NCBI GenBank assembly: GCA_041391745.1
Contig: JAWKNK010000002.1
Span: 203,576-267,575 of the forward strand
From: Flavobacteriales bacterium
GTDB lineage: Bacteria; Bacteroidota; Bacteroidia; Flavobacteriales_D; Sanyastnellaceae
Direction of reading: 5' to 3'
DNA: 64,000 nucleotides
In this document: piece after piece, positions 45,339-54,867 of the stretch
Layout of the letters: every line of letters starts with the position of its first letter
Numbering within the stretch: the stretch's first letter is position 1
Translations under genes and position numbers: made by a program
Notes under the pieces: model-generated
What the model was told of the DNA's origin: nothing
The model's database searches: none
The model's input: only the letters and a program-made list of their open reading frames with translations

Positions 45339-47588
45339 ATGGCAAAAAAGAAGAAAAAAGGCTATGGCTCTTTTAAAGAAGAGCTTCGCAAAGAAATCAT
45401 TCATGTATTTCAGAAATCCGGTCAGAAAGCACTCAACTATAAACAAGTGGCTTCTGAATTGGACATTTCTGACAGTGGGATCAGAATGCTCATTCACGAC
45501 ATTCTGGAAGCGGAGGTGATGGATGGTACATTGAAGGAAGTAGAGAGAGGAAAGTATATTCTCACAAAACAGTCGGTATTTAGTGTTCAAGGGACGATTG
45601 AAATCAATCGCTTTGAAAAAGGATATGTCACAGTAGAAGGTGAAGCACGCGACATCGAAATTCCAAAAGGAAAAACTGGTTTTGCCCTCAATGGAGATTT
45701 GGTTGAAATTACATTTAATCCTCATGCTAGAAGAAAGCAAGGTGAAGTGATTCGCGTGGTTCAAAGATCGAAGCACCAATTTGTTGGAGTATTAAAGCAA
45801 GAGTCCGTTGGAATGTTTATGATTCCTAGCGACAAGAAAGTCCACGTTCATTTTTTCATCTCAAAAGAACAAATGAATGGAGGAAAAGATGGCGATAAAG
45901 TTTTGGTAAAAATTCTCGATTGGGACAGACCAGGATCTAGCCCTTTCGGTAGAGTGGAAGAAGTATTTGGAAGACCTGGAGATCACAAAGCTGAGATGCA
46001 TTCTATCATTGCTGAGTTTGAACTTCCTTATCATTTTCCAAAACATCTTGAAGAAATTGCTAATCGAATTGATAGTGGTATTACTCCAAAAGAAATTTCG
46101 AGAAGACGAGACTTTAGAGAAATTACAACTTTCACCATAGACCCGTTTGATGCAAAGGATTTTGATGATGCGTTGAGCATTCAAAAATTGGATAATGGAA
46201 ATTACGAGGTAGGTGTTCACATTGCCGATGTGAGTTTTTACCTCACTCCAAATAGTCCACTTGAACCAGAGGCTTTTGATCGTGCAACATCGGTTTACCT
46301 TGTGGATCGCACCATTCCAATGCTTCCGGAGCGGCTGTCCAACTTCTTGTGCTCGTTGAGACCGCATGAAGAAAAGCTTTGTTTCAGTGCCGTTTTTGAA
46401 TTGAATGAAGAAGCAGAAGTGGTTTCTGAATGGTACGGAAGAACAGTAATCTTCAGTGATCGCCGATTCACATACGAAGAAGCACAAGCAATTATTGAAG
46501 GTGAAGAAGGCGATTTCAAAGAGGAAATCCTGACGCTCGATCGACTTGCCAAAAAAATGCGTGCGGATCGCTTCGACAACGGAGCCGTTGATTTCAGCAG
46601 CGAAGAAGTGAAATTTAATTTGGACGACAATGGTGTGCCAACTGGGGTGTACATCAAAAAGATGAAAGATTCCAATCAATTGATTGAAGAGTTTATGTTG
46701 TTGGCCAACAAAAAAGTGGCTGCCTTTATTGGCGACACGAGTTTGCCATTCAATCATACATCAAAGCCAAAAACTTTTGTTTATCGTGTGCACGATGAAC
46801 CTCAGGAAGACAAAATTGAACAACTCAGAAAGTTTGTAAAACAATTGGGTTATAAATTGGGTAAGCCTTCTGGCAAAGGCAATGGCGCTGTAATCAAAGA
46901 TTTACTCAAAGCAGTAGAGGGTCAACCAGAAGAAAGTGTGATTCAAACGATGGCGATTCGTTCGATGGCCAAAGCTGAATACAGCACACACAATGTGGGA
47001 CACTTTGGATTGGCATTCGATTTTTACACCCACTTTACCTCACCTATTCGAAGATATCCGGATGTGATGGTGCATCGATTGTTGCAGCATTATCTCGACA
47101 AAGGAAAGCCTGTTGATGAAGGAGAGTATGAAATGAAGTGTCGCCATAGCAGTGCAATGGAAAAGCGCGCAGCTGAGGCCGAGCGCGCTTCTATAAAGTA
47201 CAAGCAAGTAGAATATATGTTAGCTCGCAAGGGTCAAGTGTTTGAAGGTGTTATTTCTGGTCTTGCCGATTGGGGAATTTATGTGGAAGAAAAGGAAAGC
47301 AAGTGCGAAGGACTGGTGTCTCTGAATACATTGGAAAACGACTATTACAGCTTCGATCCTGATCGTTATGTGGTGTACGGCGCACGCACCAAACAGGAGT
47401 ATCACATGGGCGATGAAATCATGTTTGTGATGGTGGATGGAGATATTCAACAGCGCACATTGGATTATGAAATTGCTGACAACCGCAAAACATTCAAGTC
47501 ACAGCGCCCAGAAAACAAACGCAGCAGTGGTCCTAAAAAGACATTTTCTCAGAAAGCACGAGGCAATTCGAAGAAAAAGCGTCGATGA
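45339..47588 (+). CDS. rnr: Ribonuclease R
   Basis: MAKKKKKGYGSF... winged-helix N-terminus, cold-shock domain, RNB catalytic domain (...DFDDALS...), S1 domain and a K/R-rich tail. Length is 749 aa. Confidence 0.85.
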   Translation: MAKKKKKGYGSFKEELRKEIIHVFQKSGQKALNYKQVASELDISDSGIRMLIHDILEAEVMDGTLKEVERGKYILTKQSVFSVQGTIEINRFEKGYVTVEGEARDIEIPKGKTGFALNGDLVEITFNPHARRKQGEVIRVVQRSKHQFVGVLKQESVGMFMIPSDKKVHVHFFISKEQMNGGKDGDKVLVKILDWDRPGSSPFGRVEEVFGRPGDHKAEMHSIIAEFELPYHFPKHLEEIANRIDSGITPKEISRRRDFREITTFTIDPFDAKDFDDALSIQKLDNGNYEVGVHIADVSFYLTPNSPLEPEAFDRATSVYLVDRTIPMLPERLSNFLCSLRPHEEKLCFSAVFELNEEAEVVSEWYGRTVIFSDRRFTYEEAQAIIEGEEGDFKEEILTLDRLAKKMRADRFDNGAVDFSSEEVKFNLDDNGVPTGVYIKKMKDSNQLIEEFMLLANKKVAAFIGDTSLPFNHTSKPKTFVYRVHDEPQEDKIEQLRKFVKQLGYKLGKPSGKGNGAVIKDLLKAVEGQPEESVIQTMAIRSMAKAEYSTHNVGHFGLAFDFYTHFTSPIRRYPDVMVHRLLQHYLDKGKPVDEGEYEMKCRHSSAMEKRAAEAERASIKYKQVEYMLARKGQVFEGVISGLADWGIYVEEKESKCEGLVSLNTLENDYYSFDPDRYVVYGARTKQEYHMGDEIMFVMVDGDIQQRTLDYEIADNRKTFKSQRPENKRSSGPKKTFSQKARGNSKKKRR

Positions 47589-47639
47589 ATTGCAATATTT
47601 AACAAAGGCATATTACATTTGCCGCCCCATTAAGGGATT

Positions 47640-47713
47640 GCGCCTATAGCTCAGTCGGTTAGAGCAACAGACTCATAATCTGTGGGTCCCTGGTTCGAGC
47701 CCAGGTGGGCGCA
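47640..47713 (+). tRNA. tRNA with CAU anticodon: elongator tRNA-Met or tRNA-Ile2 (lysidine)
   Basis: GCGCCTA-TA-GCTC-AGTCGGTTA-GAGC-A-ACAGA-CTCATAA-TCTGT-GGGTC-CCTGG-TTCGAGC-CCAGG-TGGGCGC-A. G1-C72 rules out an initiator. No CCA is encoded. Confidence 0.85.
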
Positions 47714-47718
47714 CTTGA

Positions 47719-47757
47719 AGACCGTTTCCAATTGCAAAATGGAAACGGTCTTTTTTT
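47719..47757 (+). terminator. Intrinsic terminator after the tRNA
   Basis: GACCGTTTCCATT-gcaa-AATGGAAACGGTC followed by TTTTTTT. Confidence 0.75.
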
Positions 47758-47776
47758 ATCTTCTTATATTTGAAGT

Positions 47777-48874
47777 ATGAAAACATTAATACTACTGATA
47801 GCAGCAATAGCTTTGACCGCCAATGGCTTTTCTCAAAATGATAAAGTCACAGAGGCGCTTTTTAAAACACCAAATATTGTGATTCAAGAAATCACGACAC
47901 AACACGGCGAGGGTGTTCAAACAGCCCAATCTGCCCTGGTTTTCGGTGAAGAGAATGACTTCGAAAAATTCTGGAAAAAATTTGCGAAGAGTAATTATGC
48001 CGTAGATGGGAAGCGAGAAAGCGGATATTATGCATCAACCAATTTTGTGTCGCCAAAACTTTCCCCAGATTCTCTTTCATTTTATTATAAAGTAGAAAAG
48101 GATGGCGACTTCTGCAGAATCACTTCACTAACGAAGCAAAAAGGGGCGTACTTATCATCTGGTGCTACCTATGAAAATGTGCGCGCGATGATGGAAAAGG
48201 GTATTTATGAATATTATGTAAGCCTATATGATGAAAAAATAAGTGTGCTTCAAAAAAACTACGATCGCCAAGTGAAGGACGCTGAAAAACTGGAGAAGCA
48301 GGGAGAGCGTTTGCAGCGTGATAAAGATGATCACGAAAAGTCGATCAATAAATTGAATGGAGATATTTCAAGTTTGAGATCTTCCATGGATAAAACGAAC
48401 AGTGATAAAAAAGCTTTAGATAACGAAGTGGAAATTCTGAAGCGTGAATTAGAGCAGCAGAAAAAAGAAATCAAGCGTGCAGAGGATGACTTGAAGGTAG
48501 CAGAGTTAGATTACAACACCAAGCTAGCGGCAGGCGACCTTTCAGAAAAAAAGGCTGAAAAAGGATTGAAGGATATTACTAAAAGAAGAGAGAGCATTTC
48601 GAAGCTTCAGGGTAAGTTGACCGATAAGAATACCAAGGTTACTGAGACCGAAAATAAATTGATCAATGCCGACCGCAAGCTTTCTGAGACACAAAATAAT
48701 TTGGAGAAAAAGGAAGCCGAAGTTTCTAACCATCGAAGCGATATTGAAAGATTGAATAAAGAAATCAATGCGAATAAAGACAACATCAACGAAGAAAAAC
48801 TACAAGTTGAAAATGCGAAAGGCGACTTGGAGAAGTTGAAAATGGCGAAAGGCGGACTTACGATTTTACAATAA
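47777..48874 (+). CDS. Secreted coiled-coil protein, hypothetical
   Basis: Signal peptide MKTLILLIAAIALTANGFSQ, an N-terminal globular part of about 150 aa, then about 200 aa of K/E/L/N-rich coiled coil. Confidence 0.5.
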   Translation: MKTLILLIAAIALTANGFSQNDKVTEALFKTPNIVIQEITTQHGEGVQTAQSALVFGEENDFEKFWKKFAKSNYAVDGKRESGYYASTNFVSPKLSPDSLSFYYKVEKDGDFCRITSLTKQKGAYLSSGATYENVRAMMEKGIYEYYVSLYDEKISVLQKNYDRQVKDAEKLEKQGERLQRDKDDHEKSINKLNGDISSLRSSMDKTNSDKKALDNEVEILKRELEQQKKEIKRAEDDLKVAELDYNTKLAAGDLSEKKAEKGLKDITKRRESISKLQGKLTDKNTKVTETENKLINADRKLSETQNNLEKKEAEVSNHRSDIERLNKEINANKDNINEEKLQVENAKGDLEKLKMAKGGLTILQ

Positions 48875-48880
48875 TAATTT

Positions 48881-49117
48881 ATGCACTTTTTACTCTCTGT
48901 TTTTCCCCATGAGCCGGTAGATTTGGTGGGGTATGCTGCCTCACTTTTGGTTTTAATTTCCTTCTTGATGAAGGACATTAAGAAGTTAAGGACAATAAAC
49001 AGCATCGGATGCCTGCTTTTTGTGGCTTACGGCGTCATGCTAAACTACTCAATACCAATCATTTTAACTAACGCCGCGATACTTGGCATCAATATCAACG
49101 CGTTAAGAAAGAAATGA
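48881..49117 (+). CDS. Small membrane protein, hypothetical
   Basis: 78 aa with two TM helices. It starts 7 nt after the upstream stop. Confidence 0.35.
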   Translation: MHFLLSVFPHEPVDLVGYAASLLVLISFLMKDIKKLRTINSIGCLLFVAYGVMLNYSIPIILTNAAILGININALRKK

Positions 49118-49148
49118 TATACAACGTGAGATACTTTTTCTTAATGTT

Positions 49149-50471
49149 GTGCCCGATTTTGAAACAACCGTTTTATTAATTCCTGCAAACCGAATGGGAA
49201 ACAATGCACCTGTTAGGCAGTCGATGTACGAAAGTGTGAAATATCAGTTCGACAAAGCTGCAGACAAGATGGGACTTGACGAGGGAGTTCGCAAGATTCT
49301 TTCCATCACAAACAATGAAATTGTAGTAAACTTTCCTGTAAAAATGGACGATGGTCGCATCGAATGTTTTACAGGTTACCGTGTGCAGCACAACAATGCA
49401 CTTGGTCCTTACAAAGGTGGTCTTCGCTATCACCCAACTGTGGATATAGATGCTGCCAGAGCTTTGGCAACATGGATGACTTGGAAAACTTCACTTGCTG
49501 GTTTGCCTTACGGCGGCGGAAAGGGTGGTATTCAAATCGATCCGAAGAAGTACTCTCAAACTGAATTGGAACGTATTACTCGTCGTTTTACGTTTTCATT
49601 GGGAGACAACATTGGTCCTGAACTAGACATTCCTGCACCAGACGTAAATACCAACGCACAAATGATGGCTTGGATTGCGGATACTTACATGCAAACAAAG
49701 CCAGCAGCAGAGCGCTCAGCTTTCAAGCACGTAGTAACAGGAAAACCTGTTGGTTCGGGCGGACTAGAAGGTCGCGACCGTGCAACTGGATTTGGTGTGG
49801 TAACCACAATCAAAGAGTGGGCTAAGCACAGAGGAAAGTCTTTGAGAGGTATGAAATATATCGTTCAAGGGTTTGGTAATGTTGGATACTGGGCTTCTCA
49901 CTTCATGCATTCTGAAGGTGCAATTTTGATTGCTGTTCAAGATGCAAGTGGAACTATTTTCAACGCTAATGGTATCGATCCTGAGCGTTTGAATGATTAT
50001 GCAACGCCGAACTTCCATGGAGTAGTTGACTTCCCAGGAACTGAAAGCATCGATAGCTCTTCATTCTACGGATTGGAGTGTGATATCGTTATTCCTGCCG
50101 CATTAGGTAATCAAATCACTGAAGAAAACGCAAACGACATCAAAGCGCAATTGGTAGCAGAAGGGGCTAATGGTCCTGTAGATCCAAAAGGAGATGCTAT
50201 TTTGATTGAACGTGGTATCGATGTGATTCCAGATATTCTTTGCAACAGTGGTGGTGTAATCGGAAGCTATTTTGAGTGGTTACAAAACCGTCAAGGTGAG
50301 CTTTGGGAAATGGACGAAGTGATCAGCAAGCTTGAAGCGAAGATGACGAAGTCTTTCAACCAAGTGATTGCTTGTGCGAACAACTACCAAACCGATTGGC
50401 GTACGGCTGCATATATTGAAGCTATCAGCAGAATTGATTTGGCTTATAAGCAAAGAGGTATTTTCCCTTGA
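49149..50471 (+). CDS. Glutamate dehydrogenase (Glu/Leu/Phe/Val dehydrogenase family)
   Basis: ...LPYGGGKGGIQIDP... catalytic Lys-Gly motif. NAD(P) Rossmann ...VQGFGNVG. The start may be at 49194. Confidence 0.85.
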   Translation: MPDFETTVLLIPANRMGNNAPVRQSMYESVKYQFDKAADKMGLDEGVRKILSITNNEIVVNFPVKMDDGRIECFTGYRVQHNNALGPYKGGLRYHPTVDIDAARALATWMTWKTSLAGLPYGGGKGGIQIDPKKYSQTELERITRRFTFSLGDNIGPELDIPAPDVNTNAQMMAWIADTYMQTKPAAERSAFKHVVTGKPVGSGGLEGRDRATGFGVVTTIKEWAKHRGKSLRGMKYIVQGFGNVGYWASHFMHSEGAILIAVQDASGTIFNANGIDPERLNDYATPNFHGVVDFPGTESIDSSSFYGLECDIVIPAALGNQITEENANDIKAQLVAEGANGPVDPKGDAILIERGIDVIPDILCNSGGVIGSYFEWLQNRQGELWEMDEVISKLEAKMTKSFNQVIACANNYQTDWRTAAYIEAISRIDLAYKQRGIFP

Positions 50472-50497
50472 TATCCAATTATCTCGATTCAAAATAT

Positions 50498-50529
50498 AAA
50501 ATCCCGACAGTTGTCGGGATTTTTTTTTC
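50498..50529 (+). terminator. Intrinsic terminator after the GDH gene
   Basis: ATCCCGACAG-TTGTCGGGAT followed by TTTTTTTTT. Confidence 0.75.
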
Positions 50530-50591
50530 TGACAATAATCATGTTATTTCGTTGTGAATCACACTATTATTGAGAGAGATAAACCTTAACC

Positions 50592-50930
50592 ATGTCACAA
50601 CACCACATTCCAGATGGACTCTTCCATGAGGTATGGCAATTGTATGAAACAGGCCATAGTTCAGATGAAATACTCGCTCGTTTAATAAAGCGTGGCACCG
50701 ACTTGGACGTTGCCGAAGCCGTTATGTCTAAAGTAAAACACATGCGCACTTCTAAGAAGCGCGCACGAGGTTTTTATTTCTTTTTGGCCGGTGGTTTGAC
50801 TTTAGTGGCGGCGTTTATGACCACTTTTCTACTTTATCAAACCAATTCGGATACAGGTATCGCCTTATATGGTCTCACCTCCGTTGGAATCACCTTACTG
50901 TTTATAGGTATGGTGCATTACTTCAGCTGA
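50592..50930 (+). CDS. Small membrane protein, hypothetical
   Basis: 112 aa with an N-terminal soluble part and two C-terminal TM helices. A convergent hairpin ACCGAACG-aa-CGTTCGGT lies at 50930-50947. Confidence 0.4.
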   Translation: MSQHHIPDGLFHEVWQLYETGHSSDEILARLIKRGTDLDVAEAVMSKVKHMRTSKKRARGFYFFLAGGLTLVAAFMTTFLLYQTNSDTGIALYGLTSVGITLLFIGMVHYFS

Positions 50931-50950
50931 CCGAACGAACGTTCGGTAGT

Positions 50951-52108
50951 CTACTTATTCAGCCAATGTAATGGAACTACCTTATAATAAAACTTGGTTA
51001 ATGGCTCAATAAACCGAACCATTAAAACAAAAATTAAAATGAAAGAAAGGCTTATTAGTCCTGATGAAAGAGGATCGAAATTTCTGTTCAATAAAAGTGG
51101 TTTTAGTCCAAAACCAAAAATCCCTTCATACAAAATAATGACGTGTACGATGTAAATAGAGAGTGTATTTCGACCCATTTTTAGGAAAAGGGATTCTTTT
51201 ATTTTAAAGTATTTATCGATCACAATGAGCAGTGAAATAAATATTAAAATAACGCCGAAGCTTTTTAAAGGATAGGTATTTGTAGCCTGCACTTTTGCAT
51301 CGGTCCAACCAAGATACATTGATAGTTTATCAATTCCTCTAAAGAAGTATTTAATGAGCGCTAAAATCAATACACCCGTTCCAGCAACTATTCCGATAAA
51401 TGACCAATTGAAAACCTTGTCTTCGTATTTGCGAATGATACTGCCTAGCATTCCGCCTAGAACAGTATAGCCTGTAAATCGGAGTATGCTGAATTCAGAG
51501 TATTGTCCATAAACAATGTTTTGAATGAATTTTGGAGCACCTTCAGGCCAATATCTTTTCGCTTGTAAAATGCCTTCGCTAATCAACTGTTTGTCTACAT
51601 CAATTCTATGATTGAGCCATCCATTGAATCCAAAGAAAATAATTGCGGCTATCAAATAATACCAATGCAACTCGATTTTACCAATCCATTTATATAAACC
51701 ATAAAATACAAGCAACATCAATATTCCAAACCCAATGCCCTGTAGTACGTGAAAAGCTTGCAGCCAATCCGCATCGTATGAACTACCATGAAAAATGGTA
51801 TAATAAAGCGCCTTTAAATTAATTTGTATCAGGTAACCCCAAAACAACAATTGAAGAACCCGCTTATATCCTTTTCTTACGCGAACATTTTTCCAATAAG
51901 CAAATTCATTGTGAGCAGATAGAAGGTAGGTAAAAATCACACCAGAAACAGTGAAGAATAGCACCGATGTCCATCCGTGAATCTGACCCCATATGGCATA
52001 TCCAAGGTACTCCTTATTTCGATATTGATCGGCAAGAGCTGCGCCTGTGCAGTGCCCTTCAAGCATCAAAATAATAGCCACGGACCTTGCCATATCAATG
52101 AATTTCAA
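50951..52108 (-). CDS. Acyltransferase-3 / DUF1624-type polytopic membrane protein
   Basis: 385 aa with about 10 TM helices. N-terminal MKFIDMARSVAIILMLEGHC pattern. Confidence 0.5.
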   Translation of the reverse strand: MKFIDMARSVAIILMLEGHCTGAALADQYRNKEYLGYAIWGQIHGWTSVLFFTVSGVIFTYLLSAHNEFAYWKNVRVRKGYKRVLQLLFWGYLIQINLKALYYTIFHGSSYDADWLQAFHVLQGIGFGILMLLVFYGLYKWIGKIELHWYYLIAAIIFFGFNGWLNHRIDVDKQLISEGILQAKRYWPEGAPKFIQNIVYGQYSEFSILRFTGYTVLGGMLGSIIRKYEDKVFNWSFIGIVAGTGVLILALIKYFFRGIDKLSMYLGWTDAKVQATNTYPLKSFGVILIFISLLIVIDKYFKIKESLFLKMGRNTLSIYIVHVIILYEGIFGFGLKPLLLNRNFDPLSSGLISLSFILIFVLMVRFIEPLTKFYYKVVPLHWLNK

Positions 52109-52168
52109 TCGAGGCCTTTTATCTATGTGGGTAACCTTGCTCAGTGCGAAATTTTTTGCTAAGATAAT

Positions 52169-53569
52169 TTAATCGTGAAATATCGGAGAAAGGATATTCC
52201 CGGGAAGCACTGTTATTCCTGAAGGTGGCAAGTTAAGTGTTGTCGTGCAAGGAGGTGCACCTGGTAATGTAACTTCCAAAACATCAATTACTATATCAGA
52301 AGTAACTGGGCCGACATTCACTATTGCTTCACCATTTGCGTCGAACTGGACGGTTTGTTCTATTCCTCCATCAATAGTATATGAAACTGTTGCGTTTGGA
52401 GTACCCGTGAAAATCACCTCAGAAAACTCACCCGAACAAACATTCGGTTCTGGAATTTCAAAGCTTGCTACTGGTGCGTCAATTACTGCAATTGTTGTGG
52501 TACTTGATGCATAGCATGGAGGATTCCCGATTTCATAAAGAATATCGTAAGTACCGATTCCTGCATCTGACGGATCGAATATTCCATCTATTGTTGTTGA
52601 CTGGCCTGTCCACGATCCCCCCATATCGCTGGCTTGCAGCTGCACCGGTCCTGACGATTCACAAAAGGGTCCTGCATTTAACAGTACTGGACTCGGGGGG
52701 CCACTTTGAGCATTTGGCGGAGGGCCTAATGACAACGTGAATTCCGAAGATTCGCCATCTTGCCAGTCTTCCACTATAATCATAATTGTTTGCCCCGCCA
52801 CGACATTAGGAGAAGGGACACTTGATGTGCATGGGTAGAACGTTCCGAATTGGTTGCAGCCATCCCAAAAATCGGCATAGTTACAGCCAATTTCATTATT
52901 CAAATCTTGAATGGCGTCGCAAGGATCGATTCCTTCAGGAATATCAAAAACAGAAACGTCTAAATAACCCGTAGTTCCGTTTCCATCAATCAGTAAACTC
53001 AAAGGACCTGAGGTCGTAATGTTTACCATGATGTATGTGAATTGTGAATTGGAAAACCAATCGAGACAAGAACTCACAGGTGGGCCTGGAGGTCCAAAAG
53101 AAAATGGACCGGCAGAATTTTGACATAATATCACATCTGTATTACAGCCGTCACCATCCCCATTCCATAGACCACAACTCACAGTTAAATCCATGCACTC
53201 ATCCAAGTCTTCACAAGGAAATTCGTCGAGCATTACAAACACAATTCCCGTGTAATCTGCTGTCCAGGTGATAGAAGATTGCAGTCCACAAAAATCATCG
53301 TTGTAATCAATGAAAAATCCAAATTCATCATACAAAGTTATTTGCGAATCGAAGAAGCCTCCACCACAAGTTGAAAATGTATATTCAATTCCTTCTACCA
53401 CATCCACTTCTACATATTCACCACCATACATGCAGAAAGCAGTTTCGCTTCCCGGACATGAAGGAGAAAGCCAAGTATAGTAGTTGTTGTCAAAATCACA
53501 CTGCGCAAGAACTCGATTTTCGAAAATGAAAATAGTAACTAAAGAAAATATGAGTAGCCGAATAGGCAA
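52169..53569 (-). CDS. Secreted Cys/Pro/Gly-rich beta-sandwich protein, hypothetical
   Basis: Signal peptide MPIRLLIFSLVTIFIFENRVLAQ. Many Cys residues and GPPGPP/GPPSP stretches. No recognisable T9SS sorting domain. Confidence 0.45.
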   Translation of the reverse strand: MPIRLLIFSLVTIFIFENRVLAQCDFDNNYYTWLSPSCPGSETAFCMYGGEYVEVDVVEGIEYTFSTCGGGFFDSQITLYDEFGFFIDYNDDFCGLQSSITWTADYTGIVFVMLDEFPCEDLDECMDLTVSCGLWNGDGDGCNTDVILCQNSAGPFSFGPPGPPVSSCLDWFSNSQFTYIMVNITTSGPLSLLIDGNGTTGYLDVSVFDIPEGIDPCDAIQDLNNEIGCNYADFWDGCNQFGTFYPCTSSVPSPNVVAGQTIMIIVEDWQDGESSEFTLSLGPPPNAQSGPPSPVLLNAGPFCESSGPVQLQASDMGGSWTGQSTTIDGIFDPSDAGIGTYDILYEIGNPPCYASSTTTIAVIDAPVASFEIPEPNVCSGEFSEVIFTGTPNATVSYTIDGGIEQTVQFDANGEAIVNVGPVTSDIVIDVLEVTLPGAPPCTTTLNLPPSGITVLPGNILSPIFHD

Positions 53570-53600
53570 GGTTTAGGAGTTGAAGAACGAAGATAATATT

Positions 53601-54581
53601 TTAATGTAAAGAATGCATTTTTACATCTAATATTATTCTCTCTGCAGGTGTATTCTGCCCCCCTTCCGTGCTCATCAATATACGATGAACTAATTTGGAA
53701 GCGGCTAATTTTCCAATTTCGAATCCACTATGATAAAAGTATTTCAGTGGAAAATTGACGATTTCTGGAATCATTCCATCACTGATGCCAACAACCAAAC
53801 AACCCTTTCCACTTAATGGTTGAGATGCCGCTGCCATCAGCTCATCACTCATCAAAAACATACCATCAGGATGATGTGAAGACAAGTAATCTGCCAATGC
53901 GATTTGTGCTTTATTAAAACTCTCAGCGTACACAAACGTAGCCTCTACATTGGCATTCACTAGCGCTAAACGAGCACCACGCTCTCTTCTTTTTGTAATC
54001 AGCAAATTCTCATTTCCTAGTATAATGGCGATATTTTTACATCCTTCATGAACTAAGTTTTTTACAGCTTGAAAAGCGACATCCTCATCATCAATTACTA
54101 CTTCATCAAATGGTGAGTTTTCGATACTCTTATCGAAAAAAACAACAGGTATTCCCGATGCAGGGAGGTTTATAAGGTGATCAATATTGCTCGTCTTGTT
54201 GCTTAGTGAAATTAGAATACCTTCCACGGAATGATCAAGACACATTTGAATATTTCGCTTTTCATGTTCAAGATCATCATTGCTTTGCAATACCAGTAAT
54301 TGATATCCATTTTCTCTCGCCACTTCTTCCACACCTTTAATCACTGAAGGAAAAAAGAACATCGAAATTTCAGGAATGATTAGAGCAATAATTTTACTAC
54401 TTCTCTTTCTAAGTCCTGCCGCGATATGATTTGGATGATAATTAAGTTCCTTAGCCTTGTCTTTGATCAACTGACACATATCCTTGCTAATATCAGGATG
54501 ATCTCTCAACCCTCTTGAAACAGTGCTTACAGAGATATCAAGTGCTTTCGCGATGTCTTTTATAGTAGCTCTTTTTTGCAT
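53601..54581 (-). CDS. LacI-family transcriptional regulator
   Basis: HTH ATIKDIAKALDISVSTVSRGLRD plus a periplasmic-binding-fold domain. Start set at MQKRAT (54581). Confidence 0.8.
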   Translation of the reverse strand: MQKRATIKDIAKALDISVSTVSRGLRDHPDISKDMCQLIKDKAKELNYHPNHIAAGLRKRSSKIIALIIPEISMFFFPSVIKGVEEVARENGYQLLVLQSNDDLEHEKRNIQMCLDHSVEGILISLSNKTSNIDHLINLPASGIPVVFFDKSIENSPFDEVVIDDEDVAFQAVKNLVHEGCKNIAIILGNENLLITKRRERGARLALVNANVEATFVYAESFNKAQIALADYLSSHHPDGMFLMSDELMAAASQPLSGKGCLVVGISDGMIPEIVNFPLKYFYHSGFEIGKLAASKLVHRILMSTEGGQNTPAERIILDVKMHSLH

Positions 54582-54640
54582 AAAAATTTCGGATTGCAAT
54601 AACGTTCATCAGTGAATGTTCGAAGATAGTATTTTTTAAC

Positions 54641-54664
54641 CGCAAACGATTGCGCAAACGATTG
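54641..54664. promoter_or_regulatory. Tandem CGCAAACGATTG repeats, a candidate LacI-family operator, upstream of the invertase gene
   Basis: cgCAAACGATTGcgCAAACGATTG. Each unit is a near-palindrome centred on CG (TGxAAxCGxTTxCA-like). A hairpin ACTGCCTG-N13-CAGGCAGT followed by TTGGTTTTT lies at 54776-54815 in the leader. Confidence 0.45.
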
Positions 54665-54867
54665 TTATTGTTAAATGCCTTTATTCATAAGTGTTTCGGT
54701 GCAAAAACTGAATTATTTTGTTTCTCCTTAACCAAAACAAACATATACGAGTGAAAAATCTCATTTAGAGAAAATCGACTGCCTGTAATCTCTTCCTGCA
54801 GGCAGTTGGTTTTTCACTCGGATAAAAGCTTTCACCTTCAACATAGCATTTATACTTCTATCATGTC

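Noticed and set aside
50930-50947. Hairpin ACCGAACG-aa-CGTTCGGT as a bidirectional terminator
   Set aside because: No U-tract follows on either strand. It is noted only as a possible stabilising stem between convergent genes.
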